In this document: positions 1-11,563 of the stretch, one piece after another
Layout: each line of letters begins with the position of its first letter
Position numbering within the stretch: the first letter of the stretch is position 1
Assembly (NCBI GenBank): GCA_038087875.1
Contig: JAXLNO010000043.1
Location: 186,001 to 233,168, forward strand
Origin: Malacoraja senta
Taxonomy: Eukaryota
Direction of reading: 5' to 3'
Length of the DNA stretch: 47,168 bases
Program-made: the position numbers and the translations under genes
Notes under the pieces: generated by a model
Told to the model about the DNA's origin: nothing
Database searches by the model: none
Seen by the model: the letters and a program-made list of their open reading frames with translations, nothing else

Positions 1-676
1 TGAAAGGAATTTTCAACTCTAATCCTCCCAGACCCAGGTATACAGAAATTTGGAATGTAAAAGATGTACTGATGTTCTTAAGGAGTTGGAATCCAGTTGA
101 AAACCTATCATTATCCAAAATTACCATGAAATTGGTTATGCTCATGGCATTAGTTTCAGCGCAGAGAGTTCAAACATTACAGAAACCCAGAATTGATAGA
201 ATGAAAGTAGGACAAAATGCCGTGACATTCTATGTCTATGATTTACTGAAGCAAAGTAGACCTGGGTCCACAGGATGCAAGTTGGAATTTTTAGCATATC
301 CTACAGATTCACGACTGTGTGTAGTAACATATGTGAAATGTTACATAGAAACAACAAAAGTTTTAAGAGGCGCCAAATTGGCATTTTTTATTAGTCATAA
401 AAAGCCTCATAAGAAAGTATCAACACAAACAATTTCACGATGGTTCAAACAGGTGTTGAGATATTCTGGTATTGATACTGTTAAATTTAAATCTCATTCC
501 ACGAGGGCGGCATCAACATCAGCGGCCAGGGATTCAGCGTGCCAATAGACCTTATTCTCGCGGCCGCAGGATGGGCAAGTGAACAGATGTTTCACAAGTA
601 TTACCACAAGGAGATTAAAGATCTCAGAGGGTTTGGTGATGCCGTGCTGGATACAGTATTAAATCCCTCATTATAA
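1..676 (+). pseudogene. DIRS tyrosine recombinase, frameshifted near 535-540
   Basis: ORF 72-548 has ALVSAQRVQ (catalytic R), KQSRPG and HSTR (HxxR), then stops at ACQ*. A shifted frame continues VPIDLILAAAGWASEQMFHKYY...LNPSL* (stop 674-676) and holds the GW and catalytic Tyr region. Confidence 0.9.
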
Positions 677-843
677 ATGGGCCTAATTTTTGTTATTTTT
701 ATTAAAATAAATAAAACCATTAACTGATTACATTCAAATGTTGTGGTTATGCATTGTTGATTGTGCTTACTCAAATAGAGTCAATCGATGCAGTGAACAC
801 CTGGATTTGAATCCACGGTGTGAAATCACAGAGCTTTGAAATT

Positions 844-955
844 TTCACGTAGTCACTCACGTGACTCCGAAGTAAAATAGTAAGATTAAACGAGAACTTA
901 CCAAGTTTGAAGTTTGATCTTTATTTTATGAGGAGTAACGTTGAAGGATTACGTG
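844..955 (+). repeat. DIRS internal complementary region (ICR), copy 1
   Basis: The right part (from ~878, TAGTAAGATT...GGATTACGTG) is the reverse complement of the element 3' end (~1102-1179). The left part (TTCACGTAGTCACTCACGTGACTCCGAAGTAAAA) is complementary to the element 5' end seen in copy 2 (~10584-10617). Confidence 0.93.
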
Positions 956-1180
956 CCCTCCGCTCCCACCCTCATAAAAGGATCAAGCTGGTAGTTCTAA
1001 GTCTTTATGCATCTTACTATCATACTTCAGTAATTATCGTCTGTGATTGTCACTCCGCTGCTTTGAAAGATTGACGCGTGTGCGGCTGGACGCGGCTTCT
1101 TCACGTAATCCCTCAACGTTACTCCTCATAAAATAAAGATCAAACTTCAAACTTGGTAAGTTCTCGTTTAATCTTACTAT

Positions 1181-3502
1181 TAAATTTGTCAATTGTCAGT
1201 TAATTCTGCTTCTAGTGTTTTTTTTTTATATAGATAGAAAAAGAAAAATAGAGAGAAAGAAGAAAGAAGAAAGAGAGAGAAAGAAGAATTACAATATCAA
1301 AAAAGAAAAAGAGGTGGAATGAATAACTTATAATATGTCATAGGAGATAAGTTCGTAGGTTATGAAATAAAATTACATCTAATCCTGAGTTCAAGCTTCA
1401 GTCGGGCTTTCGCGCTGGGCCACTCTATCCCTTCAAATAGGCAATGAATGGAGCCCATATTTTAACAAAAAGTTCTTGCTTGTCCATTAAGACAAGTCTA
1501 ATTCTTTCTAGATGTAGGGTCTCCGACATTTCCACAATCCACATTTTAATTGTGGGGGTTGTAGGGCCTTTCCAGAATTTGAATATTAATTTTTTCCCAG
1601 TTATTATACTGTAGTCAAGGAAGTTTCTTTGGCTTGTTGTGAGTGTTAAACTTTGTTCTGATATCCCAAGTATTATTAATTTTGAGTCTGGAGCCAATTT
1701 GGTATTAACAACTTCAGAGATTATTTGAAAAATATCAGTCCAGTAATTTTTAATTTTTATACAATTTGCAAAGGTATGTGTTAAATTGGCCTCTAGATGC
1801 AGGCATTTATCACATATAGGAGAGATATGTGGGAAAATTCTATTTAGTTTTATTTTGGAGTAATGTAATCTGTGTAAGACTTTAAATTGTATTAAAGCAT
1901 GTCTGGCATTTAACGAACATTGATGTATATGTTGTAAACTTTCGTCCCAAATATCTTTCGTAATAGGATAACCTAACTCATTTTCCCATTTATGTCTATA
2001 TAGTTCCATCGGTGGTACCTCGTGATTTAGGAGAATGTTATAAATATAAGCTATTAATTTTTCAGTGTTAGGATGCTTATTCAAACATTCATCAAGAATT
2101 TCTGGTTCCCTAATCCTATAAACTTGTGTATTGGATTTAACATAATCTCTAATTTGTAAATATCTGAAAAAGTTATTTGAGTGTAGTCCATGATTCTGTT
2201 GTAACTCTTGAAATGACAGAAAGATGCCTTCCCTATAAAGATGTCCAATCCTTTTAATTCCATGATTTTTCCATTGTATAAAACCTCTATCCAATATGGA
2301 TGGCTTGAATAGAGGATTATTTACAATGGGATATAGTGGTATATTATTCAGTTTTAAAGCCTTTTTTAATTGTTTCCAAATTCGTATTCCACTATGTATT
2401 ATAGGGTTTTCCTTATAGGTTTTTTTATGCAATTTTGTGGTAGCAAATATAATCGAACCTATTTCAAAAGGTAAACAGTCTTCATTTTCCATCCTTAACC
2501 ATTCTGGTTGTTGGTCCATTTCTTCCAGCCAGAAATTCATGTTTTTAATATGGACTGCCCAAAAATAAAATAAAAAATTTGGCAAGGCCAAACCTCCGTT
2601 GCTCTTTGACTTACATAAATGTTTTTTACTTATTCTATGATTCTTATAATCCCAAATAAAGCTTGTAACAATGGAGTCGACTTTTTTGAAAACGTTTTTT
2701 GGAATATATATCGGAATTAATTGAAATAAATATAGTAGTTGCGGTAAGAAAATCATTTTTATAGCATTAATTCTACCAAGCATTGAAATAGGAAGTGTTT
2801 TCCAGTACTGAATATGTTTGTGTAATTTATTAAGTAAGGATGGAAAATTTTGTTTAAATAAAGAGGTATATGTCTTAGTTACATAGATTCCTAAATATTT
2901 AAGTTTATTTTTAACTATTTTAAAAGGGGATTGTTGTATTGTATTTGTTGAATTTTGTTATTGGTATGATTTCACTTTTATTCCAATTAATCCTATATCC
3001 TGAGAACTGACCAAATTGTGTTATTAGATTTAATAGATTTGGAATACTAGTTTCTAACTTTGTAATATATATTAATACATCATCTGCATATAAGGACATT
3101 TTATTCCTTGTATCTCTAGTGTTGTATCCATGTATTCATGGATGGTTTCTAACGTTTTCTGCTAATGGTTCAATTGCAAGAGCAAATAATAGTGGGGATA
3201 GTGAACATCCTTGTCTACAACCTCTAGAAAGATTAAATTTGGCTGATAACGTTTGATTTGTTAATATTCTAGCTGTTGGATTAGAGTATAACAATTTAAC
3301 CCATGTACAGTACTTCTCTCCCAATTGAAATTTTTTCATTACCGAAAATAAATATGTCCATTCTACCTGGTCAAATGCCTTTTCAGCATCTAACGAAATA
3401 ATTGCTAGATCTGCATTTGGAATTCTATTTGTATATATAATATTGAATAGTCTTCTCAAATTATAAAATGAGCAACGTTTTGGAATAAAAACCTGTTTGG
3501 TC
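1181..3502 (-). mobile_element. 5'-truncated L1-clade LINE (ORF2 RT, C-terminal Cys-rich region, 3' UTR)
   Basis: ORF 3136-3516 has SLDAEKAFD and RGCRQGCSLSPLLFALAIEPL. YADD is at 3079-3090. ORF 1425-2783 has GRINAIKMIFLP, GGLALPN and CDKC...HTFANC. Frameshifts separate the pieces; pyrimidine-rich 3' UTR. Confidence 0.93.
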
Positions 3503-3718
3503 TTTCTTGTTGTCACATTTTCTACACTCTCACTTTTTCCTTCACTTTCTTCTTTCTTTCAATCTTATCCTTTCCTTTTACTAGTGTAAAAAACAAACGG
3601 AGTACATTAATTGTAAGAAGACATAAGTGACGAGTACTAATGTATGTGGTTGTAATGTAATGTACTTCTAATAAATTAAAAAAAAATTACAAAAATTAAA
3701 AAATAAATTACAAAAATT
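3503..3718 (+). mobile_element. L1-like 3' UTR fragment with polyadenylation signal and A-rich tail
   Basis: Pyrimidine tract, then ...TGTACTTCTAATAAATTAAAAAAAAA. Architecture resembles the L1 3' UTRs at 1181-1424 and 27735-28095. Confidence 0.6.
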
Positions 3719-4624
3719 AGATCAAATAGAAAAAGTTGTCCTCCAACTTTAGGCTGTACATGCCATACGCAAGAAGAGAATAAGAAGGCTGAAACATCTC
3801 ATGGCCAAGTTGGTTTACAAACCAACTCTCCCGAGCAGTCTCCTGTTGTGGGGCTGTAACTTGTGCTCTGCAGACAGCACAGTTTGTTTACAAAACTATC
3901 CTTTTCAATTCAAAACTGATTACTGCATGTAGCCTACATTTGAATTACATTTGAAGACTAGTTTTCATTTGTACTAATGCTTGCTTACCACATAATAACT
4001 TAAAGAATAACTTTGTCGAACAATCTCTAAAATGTGTCATTGCATTGAACTGGGACTGGACTTGGGGCTGCAGAAAGGCAGGGAGCAGTAGGGGGAGGAG
4101 TGGGGTTCAAGCATTGAATGGTGGACCTCAGTCACCATGGCAATGGGTTCATGTGAGAAACTGAAGCATTTAACTATTGCAAAAGTATGTGGCTTTTATT
4201 TCCCTTAAAAATATATTGGGTAATATTCCTGAAAGCATTATCTTTATTAATTTAAGTGTGTCCAACTGAGCTGCTCCGAGGCATGTTTTGGGGTCAGTGA
4301 TATTCCAATGAGTTTGGATAGAATTTGGATAAAAGCAGTTTTGAAACTCTTCTGATATTTGGCGTTGTTTTCTTTGAACTGTCGATTTCATACAAAGCTG
4401 AAAAAATTGACCGCACAGTTTCTACCAATCCACATATCACCTCAATCATTATTTGCTCTTTGCTTCTAACATAACAGTGTACAGCCAAACTTTCATAGCT
4501 TTTGCAACAGTTACTGTTCTTTCTCAGAAATCTATTGATGGCAAAGTCCCACTGAACAAACATCATTTGCAAATTATATTCCATTTCACTCTGCCATTTT
4601 TCCACACAAAGCCCTTGCTGACAT

Positions 4625-4870
4625 TTAGTTCTCATACCTGGGATGTGAGGTTGCTACAAAGCCAGTATTTATTGCCCATCCCTAATTGCCCCCTGAACAT
4701 ATTGGAGGGCGGGACCATCTCACAGGACAGTTAAGAGCCAACCACATTGCTATAGGCCTGCAATCACGTGGATGTCAAATCAGGTGAGTTTCCCTCACCA
4801 GAAGGGCATTGTGATCCAGGTGGGTTTGCCATCAATCTGGTGCCTTCACAGTCAACATCATTGAATCTGG
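4625..4870. repeat. Old degenerate interspersed repeat (LINE-derived, chondrichthyan type)
   Basis: Motif GCCAGTATTTATTGCCCATCCCTAATTGCCC is related to 12815-12930 and 18915-19030 (CAATATTTATTATCCATCCCTAACTACCTTGGAGAAG). Family assignment is from recall. Confidence 0.5.
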
Positions 4871-6045
4871 AACTTAATTCATGAATTCATTATTCATTTT
4901 TATATCTATTCCCCAGATTCCAAAGCAGGATTTGGATTCATATTTCCGGATGGATAATCAAGCCTTCTTCATATTGAATCACCAGAACTCGACACTGTCC
5001 TTTCTATAGTCTCTCTATTAGTTTCTCATTGAGCTGTGCTTTCCCAAGGTAATACTCTTTGCAAACTGTTGGATAAATTGCTCCCAGTGTCTCAGTAAAC
5101 AAATATGCATGTGGAATGGCCACAATTTTTGTGTGTCCGACCCAGAAAATACATGCCCTTTCTGCAAGCACAATCCACACCCAGAAATGTTTGGTCACGC
5201 TAGCGGAGTGGCAGAAATAGACCCGTAAACTGTTATAATTCTGTTCAATCCTGATAAATGGTTATATAAAATGTGAAAGTGCTCAGGAATATGATAGATT
5301 TTCTAAATACAATCTGCTTGATCATTGATCATTAATCTCCGAATTGTATATGGGCTATGAAAATATAAACAAACTCGGCTGGAGATGGCAAGGGAAGCTA
5401 CAGTATGTGTCCATACTGCAGCATGTGGGAGTTAGTGATCAGTGCAACTCTCTTCGGGATGTCCATGTCTGCATGAAAGGATTCTGCCTTCAATCACTTG
5501 GACTCTACATCAGTGATGTACTCAACTATTTACAATATATATTAGTAAGATTAAACGAGAACTTACCAAGTTTGAAGTTTGATCTTTATTTTATGAGGAG
5601 TAACGTTGAGGGATTACGTGAAGAAGCCCCGTCCAGCCGCACACGCGTCAATCTTTCAAAGCAGCGGAGTGACAATCACAGACGATAATTACTGAAGTAT
5701 GATAGTAAGATGCATAAAGACTTAGAACTACCAGCTTGATCCTTTTATGAGCGTGGGAGCGGAGGGCACGTAATCCCTCAACGTTACTCCTCATAAAATA
5801 AAGATCAAACTTCAAACTTGGTAAGTTCTCGTTTAATCTTACTATTTTACTTCGGAGTCACGTGAGTGACTACGTGAAGATTTCAAAGCTCTGTGATTTC
5901 ACACCGTGGATTCAAATCCAGGTGTTCACTGCATCGATTGACTCTATTTGAGTAAGCACAATCAACAATGCATAACCACAACATTTGAATGTAATCAGTT
6001 AATGGTTTTATTTATTTTAATAAAAATAACAAAAATTAGGCCCAT

Positions 6046-7040
6046 TTATAATGGGGGATTTAATACTGTATCCAGCACGGCATCACCAAACCCTCTGAGA
6101 TCTTTAATCTCCTTGTGGTAATACTTGTGAAACATCTGTTCACTTGCCCATCCTGCGGCCGCGAGAATAAGGTCTATTGGCACGCTGAATCCCTGGCCGC
6201 TGATGTTGATGCCGCCCTCGGGGAATGAGATTTAAATTTATCAGTATCAATACCTGAATATCTCAACACCTGTTTCAACCATCGTGAAATTGTTTGTGTT
6301 GATACTTTCTTATGAGGCTTTTTATGACTAATAAAAAATGCCAATTCGGCGCCTCTTAAAACTTTTGTTGTTTCTATGTAACATTTCACATATGTTACTA
6401 CACACAGTCGTGAATCTGTAGGATATGCTAAAAATTCCAACTTGCATCCTGTGGACCCAGGTCTACTTTGCTTCAGTAAATCATAGACATAGAATGTCAC
6501 GGCATTTTGCCCTACTTTCATTCTATCAATTCTGAGTTTCTGTAATGTTTGAACTCTCTGCGCTGAAACTAATGCCATGAGCATAACCAATTGCATGGTA
6601 ATTTTGGATAATGACAGGGTTTCAACTGGATTCCAACTCCTTAGGAACATCAGTACATCTTTTACATTCCAAATTTCTGTATACCTGGGTCTGTGAAGAT
6701 TAGAGTTGAAAATTCCTTTCATAAACCTACAGACCCAAGGATGTGCTCCAATTGGAGTTTGTTCTGATTCACTGCTTAAATATGCAGAGAGTGCACTTCG
6801 TGCAGTATTAATTGCACTATAACTTAATTTCAATTCGTAGTGTAGAGTTGAAAGTAACTCTATTACATCTGAAATTTCTACTGTGTTATATGCAATATTC
6901 TTTCCTGAACAAAACACCTCCCATTTCTTTATATAGGAAATGTACTGCTTCTGGGTACTATTCCTCCAGGCTGCTGACATAACATCCACCGTACGGTCTG
7001 ATAATCCTTTTACAAGATATGGCCTTCTTAGAATCTGCAA
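6046..7040 (-). pseudogene. DIRS tyrosine recombinase (N-terminal binding and catalytic domains), frameshifted
   Basis: ORF 6174-7040 has WRNSTQKQYISYIKKW, SYSAINTARSALS, SAQRVQ and HSPR. The C-terminal GW...FHKYY segment is in a shifted frame ending at 6046. Confidence 0.92.
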
Positions 7041-7490
7041 ATCAACAAACCAATACGATTATGTAAAGGATGTGATTCATTAGTCACAGGGTGTACAAGC
7101 AGTTTAATCTGCTTTGGAATAACCATAAGGGTTTTTTTGATCATTTTTAACACCAGTGGGTACCATACCTGTGTAGGCCAATCTGGTACTACCAAAATCC
7201 CTGAGGCTGAATCTTGTTTAATTTTCTGTATGCATCTGTGGATTAAACAAAATGGTGGAAAAGCATACAGAAACATACCACCCCAATGTAGCGAGAAAGC
7301 ATCCACCACTACTGCTCCAGGATCAGGTTCCCATGACACATACTTAGTCAACTGGTGGTTCAATCTTGATGCAACCAGATCAATTTCTGGCATTCCAAAT
7401 TGTGTGATAATTTGTGTGAATATTTTCCGATTTAACATCCATTCTGTATTATCATTAAATTTACGTGATCTTTTGTCTGCAATTGTATTA
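7028..7490 (-). pseudogene. DIRS DNA N6-adenine methyltransferase-like domain
   Basis: PEIDLVASRLNHQL...DAFSLHW...LYAFPPFCLI...LVVPDWPTQVWYP is the conserved MT domain that follows RNase H in DIRS1 pol. Confidence 0.88.
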
Positions 7491-8900
7491 ATTTTTACCT
7501 GGTAAATATATTGCTGACAGCCAAATTTTTCTGGCGATACCCCAGGGCCAAATTTCATTTGCCAATTTATCACATGATTCTGATGTTATACTACCCATGT
7601 GATTTATGTATGCTACAGCTGTAGTATTGTCAACCTGTACCTGAACATGCACATTTCCCATATCAGTGCAATAACCTCTAAGGCCGTAAGATGCGCCTAA
7701 TAGCTCTAGGTAATTGATTCCCAGATTTTCCAGCAAAGGTACTTCATTCACATTCCACCTACCTCCACAGCTGGAAATCATGTTAGTAGCGCCCCAACTC
7801 AGCACACTTACATCAGTCTGTAGAGTGACGGAAGGTGTTTCTACCAGAACTTTTCTGGAAGCATTAGAAACATTGTTAATCCACCATTCTATTTCTGTAA
7901 TGGATTGAATTGTTAATTTCATGGGCCTATCAAAATGCCCTCTATTCATTTTTAACTTGTACCTTAGCTCTCTGTAAACATTGATAATGCAATGGTCTAA
8001 ACGTGACTGCTGGAAACCCTGCAATTAATTTGCCTAGCAAGCTTGCCACTTCTCTAATTGAAGGTGTGTCCTCGTTAATGGGTTTTATGCAACCTTCAAT
8101 TAACTGCAGCGTTTTATCTTTTGGCAAAGTGATTACCATGTGTTCGGAGTTAATTGTGAACCCTAGGTGATCAATCTTTTTGCTTGGTAACAATTTAGAT
8201 TTTTGTAGGTGAATAATGAAACCTAATTTCTCAAAATGTATTTGACTCTGGATACTGACAATTTTGCAGCAGCCAAAGTGTCCCCTACAATGAGGATATC
8301 ATCTAAATAAGCAATTAATACATGGCCCTCAGCTCTTAACAGAGCTAAAATTTGGTTTGAGCAATTTAGTGAATAATCTTGGTGCTGAAATCAGACCATT
8401 GGGCAATGCTTTAAATTGCCATAACTGACTCATCCATCTAAATTTCAAATATCTTTGATCATTACCATGCATTGCCACAGAATAATATGCATTTTGCAGA
8501 TCTATGCTTGCCTTGTAGCAATTCTTTGTGACTAGCTAAATGGCATTAGTAAATGTTTCCATTTTGAAATGTTTCTATTGTACATAAAGGTTAAGATTTG
8601 TCAGATCGGAAATGATTCTATGTCCACCATCCCTTTTCTAGGAGAATATTCATAGGAGAATATTTGACACAAACTGATGGTGTTGTTCTCCTGACATTTA
8701 TATCATCCTTTTCTGCATAAAGTTTTTCAATTCTCCTTTGATCAACCCATTCTCTTCCTTTGAGAAAAATCCGTGACCAGTTTGAATTATGCTGAATTGG
8801 AGGATCCAAACGTGGAGAGAACTCAATTTTGAATCCTACAATGCTACATAGAATAAATGAATCATTTTTTATTGATTGCCATTCTTTTAGGAAGAATCGT
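7488..8900 (-). pseudogene. DIRS reverse transcriptase / RNase H (multiple frameshifts and stops)
   Basis: IDLQNAYYSV (~8475-8505), ALPNGLISAPRLFTK (~8365-8410), AYLDDILIV (YLDD 8298-8309), HLGFTINS. RNase H motifs LQTDVS, INYLELLG, VDNTTAVAYIN, YLPGKN. Confidence 0.9.
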
Positions 8901-8929
8901 AACCTTCCCCCTATTTGTTGTGTTTCTTA

Positions 8930-10400
8930 CCAGACCAAGCCCCCTAACCTCGGGGTTTGCCACCGGCAGTTGTTGTCCCCTTCTAGTAGGCACATTGTAA
9001 CCTCCACGTATCCTCGGTGCAGCACGTCAACGTGTATACGGGAATGATAGGATTGTTCCTTCTGCAGCACCCCATTTCGCCTGTAGGGATACTGCCTTCT
9101 CACCGCTCTGCTCAGCATAGGTGATCCTTTAGTTTCTTTGCTAGATTTTCTCCAAAACAGATTTAGGCATTTGTATATTGCATGGTTTGCAGAGCCTGCA
9201 TACTTAGGATGAATATTTGGTCTTATTGCATTTTTATGAATACAATTTATTTCAAAGTGCGCACTACACATGAGTGCTACATTTTGTAGTGAAGACGATA
9301 TATAACCTTCATCCAAACCACTGACCCCAGAAATTTCAGCACTTGTGTAATTTCAATTCTTGTGAGCGTAAACCACTGCTCAAATTACCCATATCAAGTT
9401 TATTCACTGCTGTAACTGTTACAATTTCCCGGGTCTCATATTTTTTGATAGTCTCATCCATGGTTAATTCCTGGGCTGATGGGAGAGTAGATAATTTATA
9501 GTCATAGCTATTTCCTCTCTCAAAGGTTCCCCTGTTACTCTGGGAACAGCAAAGTTTTGTGCCAGCCTTGGAACATTTTTGGCTCTGATAATGGGCTCTG
9601 GTCCTTATTTAAATCATCATCTAAATCTAGATATTCATTTTTATGTTGGGTAATTTCTGGCTCCCCTGTTTCAGGTAAGTCTCTGCCAGATTCCCCCTGC
9701 GCGGGCTCTCTTGGAGGCCCACGGACAGACAGCCCTGCTTCAGGTGCTGCTGGCGCTGGCTCAATTCTAGGCCAAACGCTTCATTATTTTTACTCTTTAT
9801 ATTTGTCGGTGCTGGCACATTTATCATTGCACGTTTGTGCTGCCTTTTGTTCAGGCATTTCTAGTACTGGCTCTCCAATAGGCCAACACATAACTTGCCT
9901 TTTTTCTGGCATTTTTGGGCACTCGCTCTCCTGTAGGCCAACCTCTTTAATGTTTCTGCACAGGTACTGATGGCTCTCCTGTAGGCCACCCTTGTGCCTG
10001 TTCCAAGGCACCTCCTGTGCTATACTTCATTGGCCAACACCGACTTAAATCCTCCTGTGGGGGTTCTTTACAAATCATCTGCCCCATAAGGAGTTATACA
10101 GTTTTTGACCCTTGCAGTGTAATACTCTTTCCTGCCTGAGGAGGGCATACCTCCGGGTCTGACTCATCCGAGTCTACAGGTCGGGCCGATTTTATTTATT
10201 TTTAATTTTTTTTAAAAATCTCAGCCTTGCGCCCCGCCGCCGGAGGTTTAACAGCACATTCGACCACAACGGGAGTTAATGGCTTCGCTGCCACTGACTC
10301 CCCTGACTGACGCCTGCTACCCTTAGGATCTGGGGTTTTACTACGGTGCGTCCCTGGCCGCCTCTCCTTCCCATTTCTCCATAATAAACTTGTGTGGAGC
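8930..10400 (-). pseudogene. DIRS ORF1 (gag-like) remnant
   Basis: Position between the left ITR and RT; fragment AHFEINCIHKNAIRPNIHPKYAG resembles DIRS ORF1 C-termini. Degenerate short repeats GCTCTCC(T/A)(G/A)TAGGCCA at ~9870, 9925, 9973. Boundaries approximate. Confidence 0.6.
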
Positions 10401-10617
10401 TCCACCAACAAGTCTAAACGGGAAGGAAACGCTCCTGTAAGTGAAAAGTAACCCACTTACCTTCCGACTTTTGTTTTACTTTTGTTTTACTCACCGGCTG
10501 GAGGAGCTCATGCTCCTCCACACACGGTCATGAACGCTATGCGTCTGATCGATAATGACGCGTGTGCGGCTGGACGGGGCTTCTTCACGTAGTCACTCAC
10601 GTGACTCCGAAGTAAAA

Positions 10618-11273
10618 TCATGATTTAGATGATGGAATTAAAAGTAGCACCAGCAAATTTGCAGATGACACAACGCTGGGTGGCAATATGAACTGCAAAG
10701 AGGAGGTTACAGGTTGAGTGAGTGGCAGATGCATGGCAGATGCAGTATTATGTAGAGTATCCACTATGGTGGCAAGAACAAGGAGGCAGATTATTATCTC
10801 AATGGTGTCAGATTGGGAAATAGAGAAGCGCAATGAGACCTGCGTGTCCTTGTACACCAGTCAATGAAAGTAAACATGCAGGTACAGCAGGCAGTGATGA
10901 AAGCTAATGGCATGTTGGCCTTCATAATGAGAAGATTTGAGTATAGGAGTAAAGAGGTCCTTCTGCAGTTTTTTTCCCACAGTCTAAAAATAAAGGGGAG
11001 GCCATTTAAAACTGAGATGAGAAAAAACCTTTTCACCCAGAGAGTTGTGAATCTGTGAAATTCTCTGCCACTGAAGGCAGTAGAGGCCAATTCACTGGAC
11101 GTTTTCAACAGAGAGTTAGATTTAGCTCTTAGGGCTAATTGAATCAAGGGGTATGGGGAGAAAGCAGGAACGCGGTACTGATTCTGGAAGATCAGCCATG
11201 ATCATATTGAATGGCAATGCTGGCTCGAAGGACCGAATGGCCTACTCCTGCACCAATGTTCTATGTTTCTATG
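10618..11273 (+). mobile_element. CR1 LINE 3' fragment, split from its 5' stub (5521-5542) by DIRS copy 2
   Basis: Joining 5542 to 10618 restores QLFTIYIHDLDDGIKSSTSKFADDTTLGG in frame. It continues with QVQQAVMKANGMLAF, an internal deletion, the CR1 3' UTR and a TTCTATGTTTCTATG tail. Confidence 0.92.
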
Positions 11274-11344
11274 AATGTGGGATTCAGGCAACGGACACAG
11301 CAGCAGTGTGGAGCAGCTGGGAATTTTGGGATTCCCGTTAGGAT

Positions 11345-11563
11345 TTCAATCACAGAAGACAGTAGATGGCATTTTACTGGATGAATTTAAAAGAGAGTTA
11401 GATAGAGCTCTAGGGGCTAGCGGAATCAAGGGATATGGGGAGAAAGCAGGCACAGGGTAATGATTGTGGATGATCAGCCATGATCACAATGAATGGCGGT
11501 GCTGGCTCGAAGGGCCAAATGGCCTACTCCTGCACCTATTGTCTATATTTCTCTGTTTCTATG
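11345..11563 (+). mobile_element. CR1 3' end fragment (duplicated at ~14465-14678)
   Basis: LDEFKRELDRALGASGIKGYGEKAGTG, 3' UTR GATCAGCCATGATC...GGCCTACTCCTGCACC and tail. Confidence 0.88.

Larger units (their letters stand above)
1..1179 (+). mobile_element. DIRS1-type tyrosine-recombinase retrotransposon, 3' part (copy 1, runs off window start)
   Basis: YR coding remnant, then ICR (844-955) and 3' terminal repeat (1072-1179). The segment is the near-identical reverse complement of ~5543-6721, and similarity stops at the element terminus ...AATCTTACTA. Confidence 0.95.
5543..10617 (-). mobile_element. Full-length (5075 bp) degenerate DIRS1-type retrotransposon (copy 2)
   Basis: Left ITR 10556-10617 is inverted relative to the right ITR region 5543-5650 (shared core TACGTGAAGAAGCCCCGTCCAGCCGCACACGCGTCA). 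ICR 5767-5880 contains the circle junction CTTACTA|TTTTACTTCGG. Order gag, RT, RNaseH, MT, YR. No TSD. Confidence 0.96.

Noticed and set aside
3720..5340. Short ORFs (4170-4734, 5004-5198) as host exons
   Set aside because: No recognisable protein motif or convincing splice-site pair; cannot be supported from sequence alone.
5344..5688. 114-aa ORF
   Set aside because: Crosses flank, CR1 stub and the DIRS terminal repeat antisense; chance read-through.
6174..7573. Phage integrase plus adenine methylase as a prophage or restriction-modification module
   Set aside because: Both lie inside a DIRS element with RT/RNaseH, ITRs and ICR; they are standard DIRS domains, not a new system.
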